Positions 18,505 through 27,516 of a DNA stretch of 64,000 nt are shown piece by piece. The stretch is from an uncultured Planctomycetaceae bacterium (GTDB lineage: Bacteria > Planctomycetota > Planctomycetia > Planctomycetales > Planctomycetaceae), in assembly GCA_963976765.1 (NCBI GenBank), contig CAXBME010000031.1:1-64000 (forward strand), given 5' to 3'. Numbering within the stretch: position 1 is the stretch's first letter; each line of letters starts with the position of its first letter. The translations under genes and the position numbers were made by a program. The notes beneath the pieces were generated by a model. The model was given only the letters and a program-made list of their open reading frames with translations. It was not told the DNA's origin and did not search any database.

Positions 18505-19842
18505 ATGGCAAGCCTCTCAAAAGACAAGAGCCGCAACGGCTACAGGATTTCGTTCTACGGACTCGACAAGCGGAAACGAGTGATCTGGCTGGGTGCGAAA
18601 CTGTTCCAAGGACGCAAAAGACCAGACCTGGACGCGGGTAAGATTCTTGAACATATCGAGCATCTGATTGGCCTGAAGGAGCACGGCGGGCAGGTTGGTG
18701 CTGATACTGCGAGATGGTTGACGAAGATCAGTAACGAGCTTCGCTCGAAGCTCGTCAAAGCAGAGTTGCTGGAACCACTGGCTGACGATCGTGGACCGGT
18801 CACACTGGGGCCGTTTCTGGAAGAGTACATTCTCAACCGACGCGATGTGAAGGATTCCACACGCGCAACATACCGCAAGACGGTCACGGCATTGGTCAGT
18901 TACTTCGGCACTGATCGACGGCTTGATTCCATTACGGCAGGTGATGCGGAACTCTGGAGAATTGAGCAGGCAGCCAATGGAAATCAACGAGACAGCCAGC
19001 GAAAAGAGATGGAAGACAACAGCGTCAGACGACGAACCGGCCTGGCACGGCAATTCTTTCTACACGCTGTGAAGCGTAAGCTGATTGCTGAGAATCCTTT
19101 CGATGGCCTGGCAGCGGCAGTCAGGGGAAACGTTAAGCGTCAGTATTTCGTTCCAGTAGAGACGATCTATGTTGCCTTGGAGCACGCGACGTGCCCACAG
19201 CTTCGTGCTGTGATCGCTCTGAGCCGATTCGGTGGACTGCGGACTCCGTCTGAGACTCTTGAATTGACGTGGCAGGACGTGGACCTGACTGCCCGTCGAT
19301 TGACGGTGCATGCTCCAAAGACTGAGCACTTTGAGGATGGCGGAATTCGGTTCTGCCCGATCTTCGAAGAACTGTATCCATACCTGTTGGAATTGCAGGA
19401 CATCGCCAGACCGGGCATTGACTGTCCGATGAGTTCGCCAGTCATCACGCGATGGAATTCGTCTGACCAGAATCTCCGAACGCCGTTTCTGAAAGTTCTG
19501 CGACGTGCCGGAATTAAGGCGTGGCCGAAGCTGTTCCATAACATGCGAGCAACGAGACAAACTGAATTGCTCGCTCAGTTTCCAGCGAAGGACGTCTGCG
19601 ACTGGCTGGGCAATTCGCAGGCCGTCGCCATGAAGCATTACGCGATGCCAACCGACGATTCCTTCCAGCGAGCGATTTGTTGTTCTACCAGTTGTTCTAT
19701 CTCTACCCCGGCAGTCGATATCAAACTCGGTGGAGATAGTCAAAAACCCCCAGAAAACAGTGTTTCTGAGGGTTCAGGAGAACTGGTGATATCCAGTCCA
19801 GTAGGGCCAGCAGGACTCGAACCTGCAACCAACGAATTATGA
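18505..19842 (+). CDS. int: Tyrosine recombinase/integrase; 3' end runs through att into the antisense of the tRNA
   Basis: GGLRTPSE, HNMR, WLGNS..HY motifs; ends VGPAGLEPATNEL. Confidence 0.93.
   Translation: MASLSKDKSRNGYRISFYGLDKRKRVIWLGAKLFQGRKRPDLDAGKILEHIEHLIGLKEHGGQVGADTARWLTKISNELRSKLVKAELLEPLADDRGPVTLGPFLEEYILNRRDVKDSTRATYRKTVTALVSYFGTDRRLDSITAGDAELWRIEQAANGNQRDSQRKEMEDNSVRRRTGLARQFFLHAVKRKLIAENPFDGLAAAVRGNVKRQYFVPVETIYVALEHATCPQLRAVIALSRFGGLRTPSETLELTWQDVDLTARRLTVHAPKTEHFEDGGIRFCPIFEELYPYLLELQDIARPGIDCPMSSPVITRWNSSDQNLRTPFLKVLRRAGIKAWPKLFHNMRATRQTELLAQFPAKDVCDWLGNSQAVAMKHYAMPTDDSFQRAICCSTSCSISTPAVDIKLGGDSQKPPENSVSEGSGELVISSPVGPAGLEPATNEL
19679..19698 (+). promoter_or_regulatory. 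Putative integrase arm-type sites (GTTGTTCT x2)
   Basis: Matches 2973-2992 in sequence and spacing. Confidence 0.7.
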
Positions 19843-19875
19843 GTTCGCTGCTCTAACCGATTGAGCTATGGCCCC
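19802..19875 (-). tRNA. tRNA with CAT anticodon, most likely tRNA-Ile2 (lysidine); no encoded CCA
   Basis: GGGGCCATAGCTCAATCGGTTAGAGCAGCGAACTCATAATTCGTTGGTTGCAGGTTCGAGTCCTGCTGGCCCTA folds as a cloverleaf; Ile2 versus elongator Met is by resemblance only. Confidence 0.93.
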
Positions 19876-20308
19876 GTATTCTGTTCTGTGGTGACGGGTG
19901 CGGTGTTTCGTCGTGTCGATTTAAAAGGCGACGACACCTGGAGAGGCTCAAGTGTTCGACTGTTTCAATCGTCTTCACTCGTCAAAGCCTGTCCGGTGAT
20001 TCGCCTGAGTCGGGATTTGTAGGTTCTGTCGGCATCAATTTCATCCCCGACGGAGCGGTCAAAAAATAAACTGTCCGAGAGACCGGCAATCACAGTGACG
20101 GGCTTGCCAGATGAACTTCGACTGGTGTTTCATCATCGTGAAGCGCTCAACCTGTCGGATGCTTCAGGCGACCGCGTCCAAATTGTGCTCTGTAACCGGC
20201 TACGGTCGGGCCAGTTCGATGTTGAATCCAGCAGCACGAACAAGCTGCGCGGGGATAAAAGCCTCGAAGGGATGGGTCGCGTACATTCCTTGTGTCACGT
20301 GGTGGTCG

Positions 20309-23300
20309 CTAATCCGGAAGTTCGCTGAGCAGGATTTTGCGGTAGGTGATTCCGCCAGCAAAGCCGTCGAGGCCGACGAAGCCGCTTTCGGGGACTGTTT
20401 CTTTTGTGGCCTGAGTTTCAAGCACTTTTTTACCGTTGATAGACACCGTCACTTTCTTGTCAACGACCTTGATTTCGAGCGTGTTCCATTCTCCGGATGG
20501 GTTGACGGCGTTCTCACGAGGCCCGTCTTCGCCAAACAGCGAACCGGATGAGTACTGGTCGGCGCCTTTGCCGGCATCGTTGGAGAGGTGGATTTTGTGG
20601 GCCAGATCCACCAGTTCACCTCGACCTGGATAATGGAAGAAGACGCCGCCCTGAGCCGTCAGGGTGTTCAGCGTTTTCCATTCCAGACTCAGCTCGAAGT
20701 TGCGGTATTCCTTTGGCGAAACCAGCAGGGACCCATTCGCTCGTTCGGTGTCCGCTTCGAACGAGTTGCCTTCGATCTTCCACTTTCGCGGTCCGACGGG
20801 TCGCCACTTCACGTACTCGTACAGCTCTTCTTCCAGTTTCTGTGCTTCGGCAGCGACAGCCGTTCCGGCGGCCAGGGCCTTTGTTTCCTTCAGGAAGCCG
20901 ACACCTTTGCCAAAATTCGTCCGCTCCAGCTCGGCCAGTGCCTGAGCGATTTTTCGTCGGGCAAGCCGTTCGCGAAATGTCGCTGCCAGATCGGGGCAAC
21001 GTTCGAAGCGCTGGTCACTGGCCCGCTCCAGCACTTTGGAGTCGTACGCCAGCAGAACGCCGTACTGGTAGTGAGCCTTCTCGTCTTCTTTATCAACCCC
21101 CGCGTCAACGATTCCCGACAGCTCTGTCGAGGACAGCTCTTTCAACTTTTTCCGAATTTCAGTGTCACCACGTTTACCAATCAGTTCACCGCTTTCGAAT
21201 CCGACAACTTCCAGTCGAAGGGTTCCAATTCGAACGTCTTCGCCTGGTTTAATTTCCGACGCTGTTTTTTCAAGGTCGCTCCAGAAGTTTCGGATCGCCT
21301 GAAAATCTTCTTCGTCCCAGTCGAGTTGCTCAGAGAAAGATTGCAACTGAGGATTCGCCTTCGCGTTTCGAAGCAATCCTTCCACTTCGTCATACTGCCT
21401 CGCGTTCATCAGGGTCAGGAAAACATTTCGGTGCGACGTGTATGGCAACGGAAGAGTTCGAGGATCAACCGGTTTTGGTTTCGGCTTTTCGGGAACGATC
21501 ATCTCCGTCGGGTCCGGCTCTGTCGTTACGACGGCCACGACACGCTTTGGCGGAATTGATTTCCCGCGGGGCAGAACGCCCCACTGCGGGCCGTTCGAAA
21601 GGCGAACCATAAAGAGGTCGCCACTGCTTTTCGGATCGTCCGAGTAGAACAGCCATTGCTCGTCGCTGCTGACAAAGAACTGGCGGTGTTTCCTGCTGTG
21701 CTGATAGCCGGGCAGCTCCAGTTCGGCGATGACGTCTTCTTCGATGAAGGCTTTGTTTGTCGCCGTTCGCCGGTAACGAGTCAGCGTTTTGCCATCAAAG
21801 GTGTACTGCCGCAGTCCATCTCGCGACATGCACGGGTGAGTTCCTGCCAGTTGAACTTTCAAAGTCTTCCCAAAGACATCCGTTCTTCTTTCACGGCTGG
21901 AAGTCAGCGTGCGGATTTCTCCGTCTCCGGTTTCTTCGACCCAATAGAGACGCAAACCGTCGCCCAGGATTTGCGACGATGTCCAGGTGGGAGCCAGGCT
22001 GCTGCTGTGTCGCAGCGGGTCTTTTCCGTCGAATCCGGCCAGCGGGTTCGCTCGTGCCAGAGCCATCAGCCGAGCTTTCTCCGGCACAGCATAAACGATG
22101 TAGAGCGAGTCGTCGGTGATGCTGGGCGTGGCCGGCAAATCGGCACTGCGGCTGACAATGCGAGGTTCTTCAAAATCGTGAAACGGCGTCGGTCTTGAGG
22201 CCACGTAAAGTCCTCGACCGTCTTCACGGTCACCCACAAACCAGATCGACAGTCGGTCCGGGGTTAAGTACGGGTCGAGTTCCGGGTTGGCTGAATTCAA
22301 ACCTGCCAGCGCGACAGGCTGACCGACTTTGGCATTCAAATGGGGTGCTTTAAGGATGTCGCTGCCACCACCGGTCACGTCGGTCGATGGTTCCAGCGTG
22401 ACTTCGCTGTCTTCGCCGACGTCGACAAGTCGAGACAGGTCAAACGCTCCTTCGCGGAATACGGTGATGGTTCGAGCCCCCTGCGCTGCTGTCACCGCGC
22501 ACGGCGTCACGACGAATCCGCCGCTGGCATCTCGAACTGGCTCGCCGTCGACCATCACCGCGAAACCGGGTTCCGAGGTGTAGACTCGAACGATCCCGGT
22601 GGCAAAACTCGGAGGCGGCAACGCTGGAGCCGGCGCATCAGTGTCTTCATTGCTGACAGGCTCCCGAGAAATGTCTTCCGGGTCCGATTTAGCGACGTCC
22701 AAGTCGCCGCCATCAGAAAACAGCAATGGTACGACGATCGCCAGGATCAGCACCGCGAGGGCGCTGCCTCCGATCATCGCGAGACGTCTGGGCGGTTGGG
22801 CAGTTGCAATCTCGATCCAATGCTCAACAAAAATGGCGAACTTCGACGGGACCGTGCCATCGCTGTTGTCGTCGGTGTCGTGGTCATCATCGTTGTCTGA
22901 GTTGGCTGAGGCAGGACCGTGAGGCGGGACATCGGTTTCTGACACGACCATGCCACTCTTCGACTTCCGCCGGGGAAAATATCCGGCGACGGCAAACAGC
23001 CGACCTTCATCGTCCTGATAATCACTGACCAGTAGTCGCTTCGGATCGAAACTCGCCGCCTGGTCCCGGCACCACTGCTTAACAACACTGACGACTGACT
23101 TCCGAAATCCGGCTTTATCATCAGCCTGCCACTCGTCGGCTGCCTGGATGACCGACTCCGCCTTTGAGAACTGGAGCGTCTCATGCTCGCTGCGAAACTC
23201 AGCGGACAATGATTCTGCCATGCTGGAAGGATCGAAGCCGGAACCCAGTACAAAGAGCACCTGACACTTCCGGGACCGACGTGACGAACCGTCCGAAGAG

Positions 23301-23338
23301 TTGTCGTTGGGAACAGGTTTGCCCGATTCAGCAGGCAT
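20309..23338 (-). CDS. Membrane-anchored multidomain protein (PEGA-like, PD40/WD40-like propeller, C-terminal DUF1080)
   Basis: TM helix, ELDPYLTPD..IWF repeats, YRNFELSLEWK..GEWNTLEI..GITYRKI. Confidence 0.75.
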   Translation of the reverse strand: MPAESGKPVPNDNSSDGSSRRSRKCQVLFVLGSGFDPSSMAESLSAEFRSEHETLQFSKAESVIQAADEWQADDKAGFRKSVVSVVKQWCRDQAASFDPKRLLVSDYQDDEGRLFAVAGYFPRRKSKSGMVVSETDVPPHGPASANSDNDDDHDTDDNSDGTVPSKFAIFVEHWIEIATAQPPRRLAMIGGSALAVLILAIVVPLLFSDGGDLDVAKSDPEDISREPVSNEDTDAPAPALPPPSFATGIVRVYTSEPGFAVMVDGEPVRDASGGFVVTPCAVTAAQGARTITVFREGAFDLSRLVDVGEDSEVTLEPSTDVTGGGSDILKAPHLNAKVGQPVALAGLNSANPELDPYLTPDRLSIWFVGDREDGRGLYVASRPTPFHDFEEPRIVSRSADLPATPSITDDSLYIVYAVPEKARLMALARANPLAGFDGKDPLRHSSSLAPTWTSSQILGDGLRLYWVEETGDGEIRTLTSSRERRTDVFGKTLKVQLAGTHPCMSRDGLRQYTFDGKTLTRYRRTATNKAFIEEDVIAELELPGYQHSRKHRQFFVSSDEQWLFYSDDPKSSGDLFMVRLSNGPQWGVLPRGKSIPPKRVVAVVTTEPDPTEMIVPEKPKPKPVDPRTLPLPYTSHRNVFLTLMNARQYDEVEGLLRNAKANPQLQSFSEQLDWDEEDFQAIRNFWSDLEKTASEIKPGEDVRIGTLRLEVVGFESGELIGKRGDTEIRKKLKELSSTELSGIVDAGVDKEDEKAHYQYGVLLAYDSKVLERASDQRFERCPDLAATFRERLARRKIAQALAELERTNFGKGVGFLKETKALAAGTAVAAEAQKLEEELYEYVKWRPVGPRKWKIEGNSFEADTERANGSLLVSPKEYRNFELSLEWKTLNTLTAQGGVFFHYPGRGELVDLAHKIHLSNDAGKGADQYSSGSLFGEDGPRENAVNPSGEWNTLEIKVVDKKVTVSINGKKVLETQATKETVPESGFVGLDGFAGGITYRKILLSELPD

Positions 23339-23430
23339 GAGATGTTCGCTCCGGGTTTGGTGAGTGCTCAGTTTTCGATGTCAGAAAGCGTCGCGCCACG
23401 GGCGCTGGTTTCTCGATTTTCTCAAGATGC

Positions 23431-23494
23431 AGCCACAGAGACCTCAGAGAATCTGTTGCGAGACTTCTCCGTGTCCTCTGTGCTCTCTGTGGCT
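23431..23494. repeat. Intergenic palindromic repeat with 9-nt periodicity
   Basis: AGCCACAGAGACCTCAGAG ... CTCTGTGCTCTCTGTGGCT. Confidence 0.7.
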
Positions 23495-23539
23495 TATTGA
23501 TTCTGCACGTTCTGGAATTTTCATTGTCTGGTTGTAAAT

Positions 23540-23785
23540 TCAGCCGCCGCTGACGGGTGGAAAGCAGCTGATCGATTGCGATTTGTCGAGCGTTGCCGAG
23601 TCTTTCGCATAGTCCGTTCCAATCGCCACGTGAAGATTTGGAATGACCGGGTCGAGACTCGGGTACTGATCGCTTAATGCCGACCGTAGATTGCCGACGG
23701 TGGCTCCTTCGGGCAGTTCAACAGAAATCGTGTCAGAGCCAGCGAGATCTCTGGCACGGGCAAACAGTCGGATATTCAGCAGCAT
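23540..23785 (-). CDS. moaD: MoaD/ThiS sulfur carrier
   Basis: IRLFARARDLAG ... FPPVSGG C-terminus. Confidence 0.9.
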   Translation of the reverse strand: MLLNIRLFARARDLAGSDTISVELPEGATVGNLRSALSDQYPSLDPVIPNLHVAIGTDYAKDSATLDKSQSISCFPPVSGG

Positions 23786-23862
23786 GGCGAGTGGAATTCT
23801 CAATGAAGATTTGCTGGGCATAATATGGTCGGTAAGTGACGGCGACCAAGACTTGATTCCGC

Positions 23863-23926
23863 GTAGGGTGTGTCCTGACACACCCGCAATGCAAGTCACG
23901 CCACGGTGCGTCAGGACGCACCCTAC
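23863..23926. repeat. GTAG-type REP doublet (REPIN)
   Basis: GTAGGGTGTGTCCTGACACACC and inverted GGTGCGTCAGGACGCACCCTAC. Confidence 0.85.
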
Positions 23927-24006
23927 CGGAAATCGAAGGTTGATCCGTCACCGGGAAAACACATACGAAGAGCATTGTTCGACGTTCCGCGTCGGCATTG
24001 CAAGTT

Positions 24007-25251
24007 TCAACTCACGACCGGGCCGAGCAAAGTCTTTGAGCCATTTGTAAATGTTGTGATTGGCTGATCGTGTCCAGCAAAAAGTGCTCGCCACGGATCG
24101 GTTGTGGACGACTCGCTCAGTGAGATCAGTGTCAGGTCGGCGCGCTTTCCGACTGTGATTGTTCCACAGTCATTTTCCAAACCAAGTGCCCTGGCACCGG
24201 ACCGCGTGCCGATTTCCAGAATTTGTGACAATCGAGACCGGCTGGATCGTTCAGCCAGAAACTTCAGTTCGGACCAGAGTGAGTAATCAGGATTGGACGA
24301 TCGCCCGTCCGTGCCGATGCACACTGATGCTCCGGCATCGAGCAGTCGTTCCCACGGATGGTTGCGGTGGCCGAAGAACGCATGAGTTCGCGGGCAGAAT
24401 ACCGTCGCAATGTTGGGATGAGCAGCCAGGAATTCGATCTCATCATCAGCGAGGTAGTTTCCGTGAGCGATCAGCGCATTGGGCAGTTCACCGAGCGGTT
24501 GCAGGTAATCCATTGGCCGCGAACCTTTCGCGATCATCCCGTCTCGCCAGAGGTCGAAGCGAGTCAGCATGTCGAAGAATTCGCCGGTCCCCGATTTGAG
24601 CAGTTCGAGTTCGGCTTTCGTTTCCGCGAGGTGAATGCAGAGCGGGACGTTTTCGACCTTCGCCAGATCAACGAGCTGATGAAACAAACTCGGGCAAACG
24701 CTGTACGGAGCGTGCGGGCTGATGGCCGGAAGTGGACTGCCCTGTCCTGCCCTGTTGGCCGCCCGGCAGTCCGCGATGTGCTGCTTTGCAACGTCCAGTT
24801 GCGGAGCGATCTGCTCCGGGAGCAGGCCGATCAATTCTCGAAACGCAACGATCGAAGGTCCGTCTTTGAGAACACAATCCGGTGACCAGTCGCCAGTGAC
24901 AATGTCACCGATAAAGGTGGAACCAGACTGTGTGGCCTCTCGCGAACCGGTCGTGATGAAACTGGCCAGCGAGCCGGTGCGCTCTCGACGATGAGCCAGC
25001 AACCGACCGATCCAATCAGTGAACGGCAGCGCGGGTTCGATCGGAGCATCCAGGCTGCCGAATTCCAGATGCGCGTGAGCGTTCACCAGCCCAGGGATGA
25101 TCGCGACGTTGCCCAGGTCAACCATCGTCGAATCTGGCTGACCGCTTAACGGTTTAACAGCTGAGACGGTTCCATCGGTGATCTCAACGATGCCGTGTTC
25201 AATCGGCGGTTGATCGACGGGAAATATCCAGTGCGCGAGCAGTCGAGTCAT
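24007..25251 (-). CDS. Metal-dependent amidohydrolase (nucleoside/aminofutalosine deaminase-like)
   Basis: PGLVNAHAH, SPHAPYS, HLAET, GTDG. Confidence 0.88.
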   Translation of the reverse strand: MTRLLAHWIFPVDQPPIEHGIVEITDGTVSAVKPLSGQPDSTMVDLGNVAIIPGLVNAHAHLEFGSLDAPIEPALPFTDWIGRLLAHRRERTGSLASFITTGSREATQSGSTFIGDIVTGDWSPDCVLKDGPSIVAFRELIGLLPEQIAPQLDVAKQHIADCRAANRAGQGSPLPAISPHAPYSVCPSLFHQLVDLAKVENVPLCIHLAETKAELELLKSGTGEFFDMLTRFDLWRDGMIAKGSRPMDYLQPLGELPNALIAHGNYLADDEIEFLAAHPNIATVFCPRTHAFFGHRNHPWERLLDAGASVCIGTDGRSSNPDYSLWSELKFLAERSSRSRLSQILEIGTRSGARALGLENDCGTITVGKRADLTLISLSESSTTDPWRALFAGHDQPITTFTNGSKTLLGPVVS

Positions 25252-25895
25252 GACGGCTCCACATTGGCCGGTCGGACATTTTCAGGCGGCTTGTCAACGG
25301 CCTGATCGTCGTCGTTCCAGATGGCGTGCGGGTCGAAGCTCATCGACGCAACCATGCTCAACGCAACGCACAACACGAATGCGACGACCGCCGATCCGAA
25401 GTAAAATTCGACGAGGCTTCCCAGCTTTACAAGCATCACCAGAAACGCCAGCAGCATGACATCCATCATGCTCCACTTTCCGGCGTGTTCCATGATCCGA
25501 TAAGTCAACGATCGGAAGCGGCGATGCGAAAGTCGCAGCAGGCTCAGTTCGAGCAGCATGACGATCTTCGTCAGCGGAAATGCGATCGAGAAAACAAACA
25601 CGATCGCCCCGACGAACCAGCTTCCGTGCGAAAACAACTCGACGATGCCCATCAAAACGCTGGATGCCGAACGGTGGCCGAGTTTCTCAACCTGCAGAAT
25701 CGGCAACAGGATCGCCGGCCAGAACAGAAAGAACGCAGCCAGTGCCGCAGCAGCGGTTCGTGCGGCGGCTTTGTCAGTCGATCCCGGTTTGAAGATCACC
25801 GACTCACAACGCGTGCACGCCGCGACGTCGCCGAAGTTCAAATCCGGGATCGCGTGAATCATTCCGCAGCAGTGACAGGCTTTGAGATGGGACAT
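25248..25895 (-). CDS. pqiA: Paraquat-inducible protein A family
   Basis: CHCC..CTRC, KWSMMDV, TM helices. Confidence 0.88.
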   Translation of the reverse strand: MSHLKACHCCGMIHAIPDLNFGDVAACTRCESVIFKPGSTDKAAARTAAAALAAFFLFWPAILLPILQVEKLGHRSASSVLMGIVELFSHGSWFVGAIVFVFSIAFPLTKIVMLLELSLLRLSHRRFRSLTYRIMEHAGKWSMMDVMLLAFLVMLVKLGSLVEFYFGSAVVAFVLCVALSMVASMSFDPHAIWNDDDQAVDKPPENVRPANVEPS

Positions 25896-26333
25896 CTTCT
25901 TGACTACGAAATCGGGAAAGGGCTGCAGGCTGAAGCATAAACTTTTCAAAGGGTGGGAAGGAACAGCGAGGCCCGATTGCAACGCTGATCTGATCCGAAG
26001 TCTATGACCACCGGTGGGAACAGATTCACACGAATGAAACGGATGCTTCAAACAGGCATCCATAACTTATCCGTGGAATCCGTGTTTGAGCTGAAGAAGA
26101 ACCGATCGAAACAGCAAGCAGGTCAGGCTTTGCCTGATGAAGTTCGACCATTGGCACACTGGACAAAGAACTGTGGATTCCGTCAGGCAGAGCCTGACCT
26201 GCGAAGAACCTCTCCGCCCTCTGCGTTTAGATTTCGCAGGAATTCCGGACGTGAGGAGATGTTCTCGCGCCGTCGGGACTGCTCTACACTCCCGCTCAGT
26301 TCTGGAATTATCGACTCTTGAAGGGATTCAGGG

Positions 26334-27407
26334 ATGCTTCATACAGTGGTCATGGCGGGTGGAAGCGGGACGCGGTTCTGGCCAGTCAGCCGGAAGGAAT
26401 TGCCCAAACAGTTTCTGACGCTTTTCGGCGAGCAGTCGCTGATTCAGCAGGCGGTGCGACGCTGCTCGGACTTGTCCTCCGCCAATTCAACATGGATCGT
26501 GACGAACGCCGTACACGCCGTCGAAACCGGTCGGCAGCTTCCCGAACTTACCGCCGATCACATCCTGATTGAGCCGTGTGGAAGAAACACGGCGCCGTGT
26601 ATCGCGATCGCGGCGGCGCGGCTGCTGGCCGACGATCCTGACGCGATCATGCTGGTAACTCCGGCTGACCATGTCATCACCCCGAACGAATCGTTCGTTG
26701 CTGCCGTTCAGCGGGCGATGGACACCGTTCAGAAAGACCCTTCCCGGTTGTGCCTCTTCGGAATCGTGCCGACTCGACCAGCGACCGGTTACGGCTACAT
26801 CGAACAGGGCGACGAACTGGCAGACTGCGATCGCGTTTTCAACGTCGCTCGTTTCCGCGAGAAGCCGAATCTTGAGACGGCTCAGGAATTTCTGGACGCG
26901 GGCAACTTTCTCTGGAACAGCGGCATCTTTGTCTGGCGAGCAGACACGATACTGGCCGCTCTGCAGGAACACAGTCCCGGCGTAACCGAAGTCCTCGACC
27001 GCTTTAGAGAACACGCCGGCACGGATGAATGGTCGGCGGCGCTGGAACGAGAGTTCGCCAGCATGCCGTCGATTTCGATCGACTATGCCGTGCTTGAACA
27101 TTCGCAGAATGTCTGCGTGCTCGAAGCACCGTTTACCTGGGACGACGTCGGAAGCTGGTCGGCACTGGCCCGAGTTCACAATCAGGACGAACATGGCAAC
27201 ACCGTGCTGGGCCGGCACGTCGGAGTCGATACGAAAAATTCCACGATTTTCTCGGCAGGCGACCACCTGGTGACAACTATCGGGCTGGACGATTGCGTGG
27301 TCGTTCATACGGAGCGGTCTACACTTGTGGCAAAGCTCGACGATGAAGCTCAGATTAAAGAGCTGCTGGCGGCACTGGAAGCAGCCAATCTTGGCGAGTT
27401 TCTTTAG
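26334..27407 (+). CDS. manC: Mannose-1-phosphate guanylyltransferase
   Basis: MAGGSGTRFWPVSR..PKQF, EPCGRNTAP, WDDVGSW. Confidence 0.93.
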   Translation: MLHTVVMAGGSGTRFWPVSRKELPKQFLTLFGEQSLIQQAVRRCSDLSSANSTWIVTNAVHAVETGRQLPELTADHILIEPCGRNTAPCIAIAAARLLADDPDAIMLVTPADHVITPNESFVAAVQRAMDTVQKDPSRLCLFGIVPTRPATGYGYIEQGDELADCDRVFNVARFREKPNLETAQEFLDAGNFLWNSGIFVWRADTILAALQEHSPGVTEVLDRFREHAGTDEWSAALEREFASMPSISIDYAVLEHSQNVCVLEAPFTWDDVGSWSALARVHNQDEHGNTVLGRHVGVDTKNSTIFSAGDHLVTTIGLDDCVVVHTERSTLVAKLDDEAQIKELLAALEAANLGEFL

Positions 27408-27429
27408 GCTGACGTCGACGGATTTCTAA

Positions 27430-27490
27430 TTCACGCAACGACGCGAAGACGCAAAGTTTCTCGATCCAGCCCTTCGCGCCTTCGCGTGAA
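27430..27490. repeat. Intergenic palindromic repeat with short periodic units
   Basis: TCACGCAACGACGCGAAGACGCAAAG ... CTTCGCGCCTTCGCGTGA. Confidence 0.65.
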
Positions 27491-27516
27491 ACTTTTCCGA
27501 GTATGGTGCCATCCTG

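Larger units (their letters stand above)
2902..19821. mobile_element. tRNA-integrated satellite/PICI-like integrative element (~16.9 kb)
   Basis: 29-bp identical direct repeats at both ends, one inside the tRNA; integrase, excisionase and primase-helicase present; no virion or conjugation genes. Confidence 0.9.

Noticed and set aside
19060..19743. 227-aa minus-strand ORF in the island
   Set aside because: Antisense to the integrase catalytic domain; no motifs
2902..19821. Complete prophage or ICE
   Set aside because: No capsid, terminase, tail, relaxase or T4SS genes between the att sites
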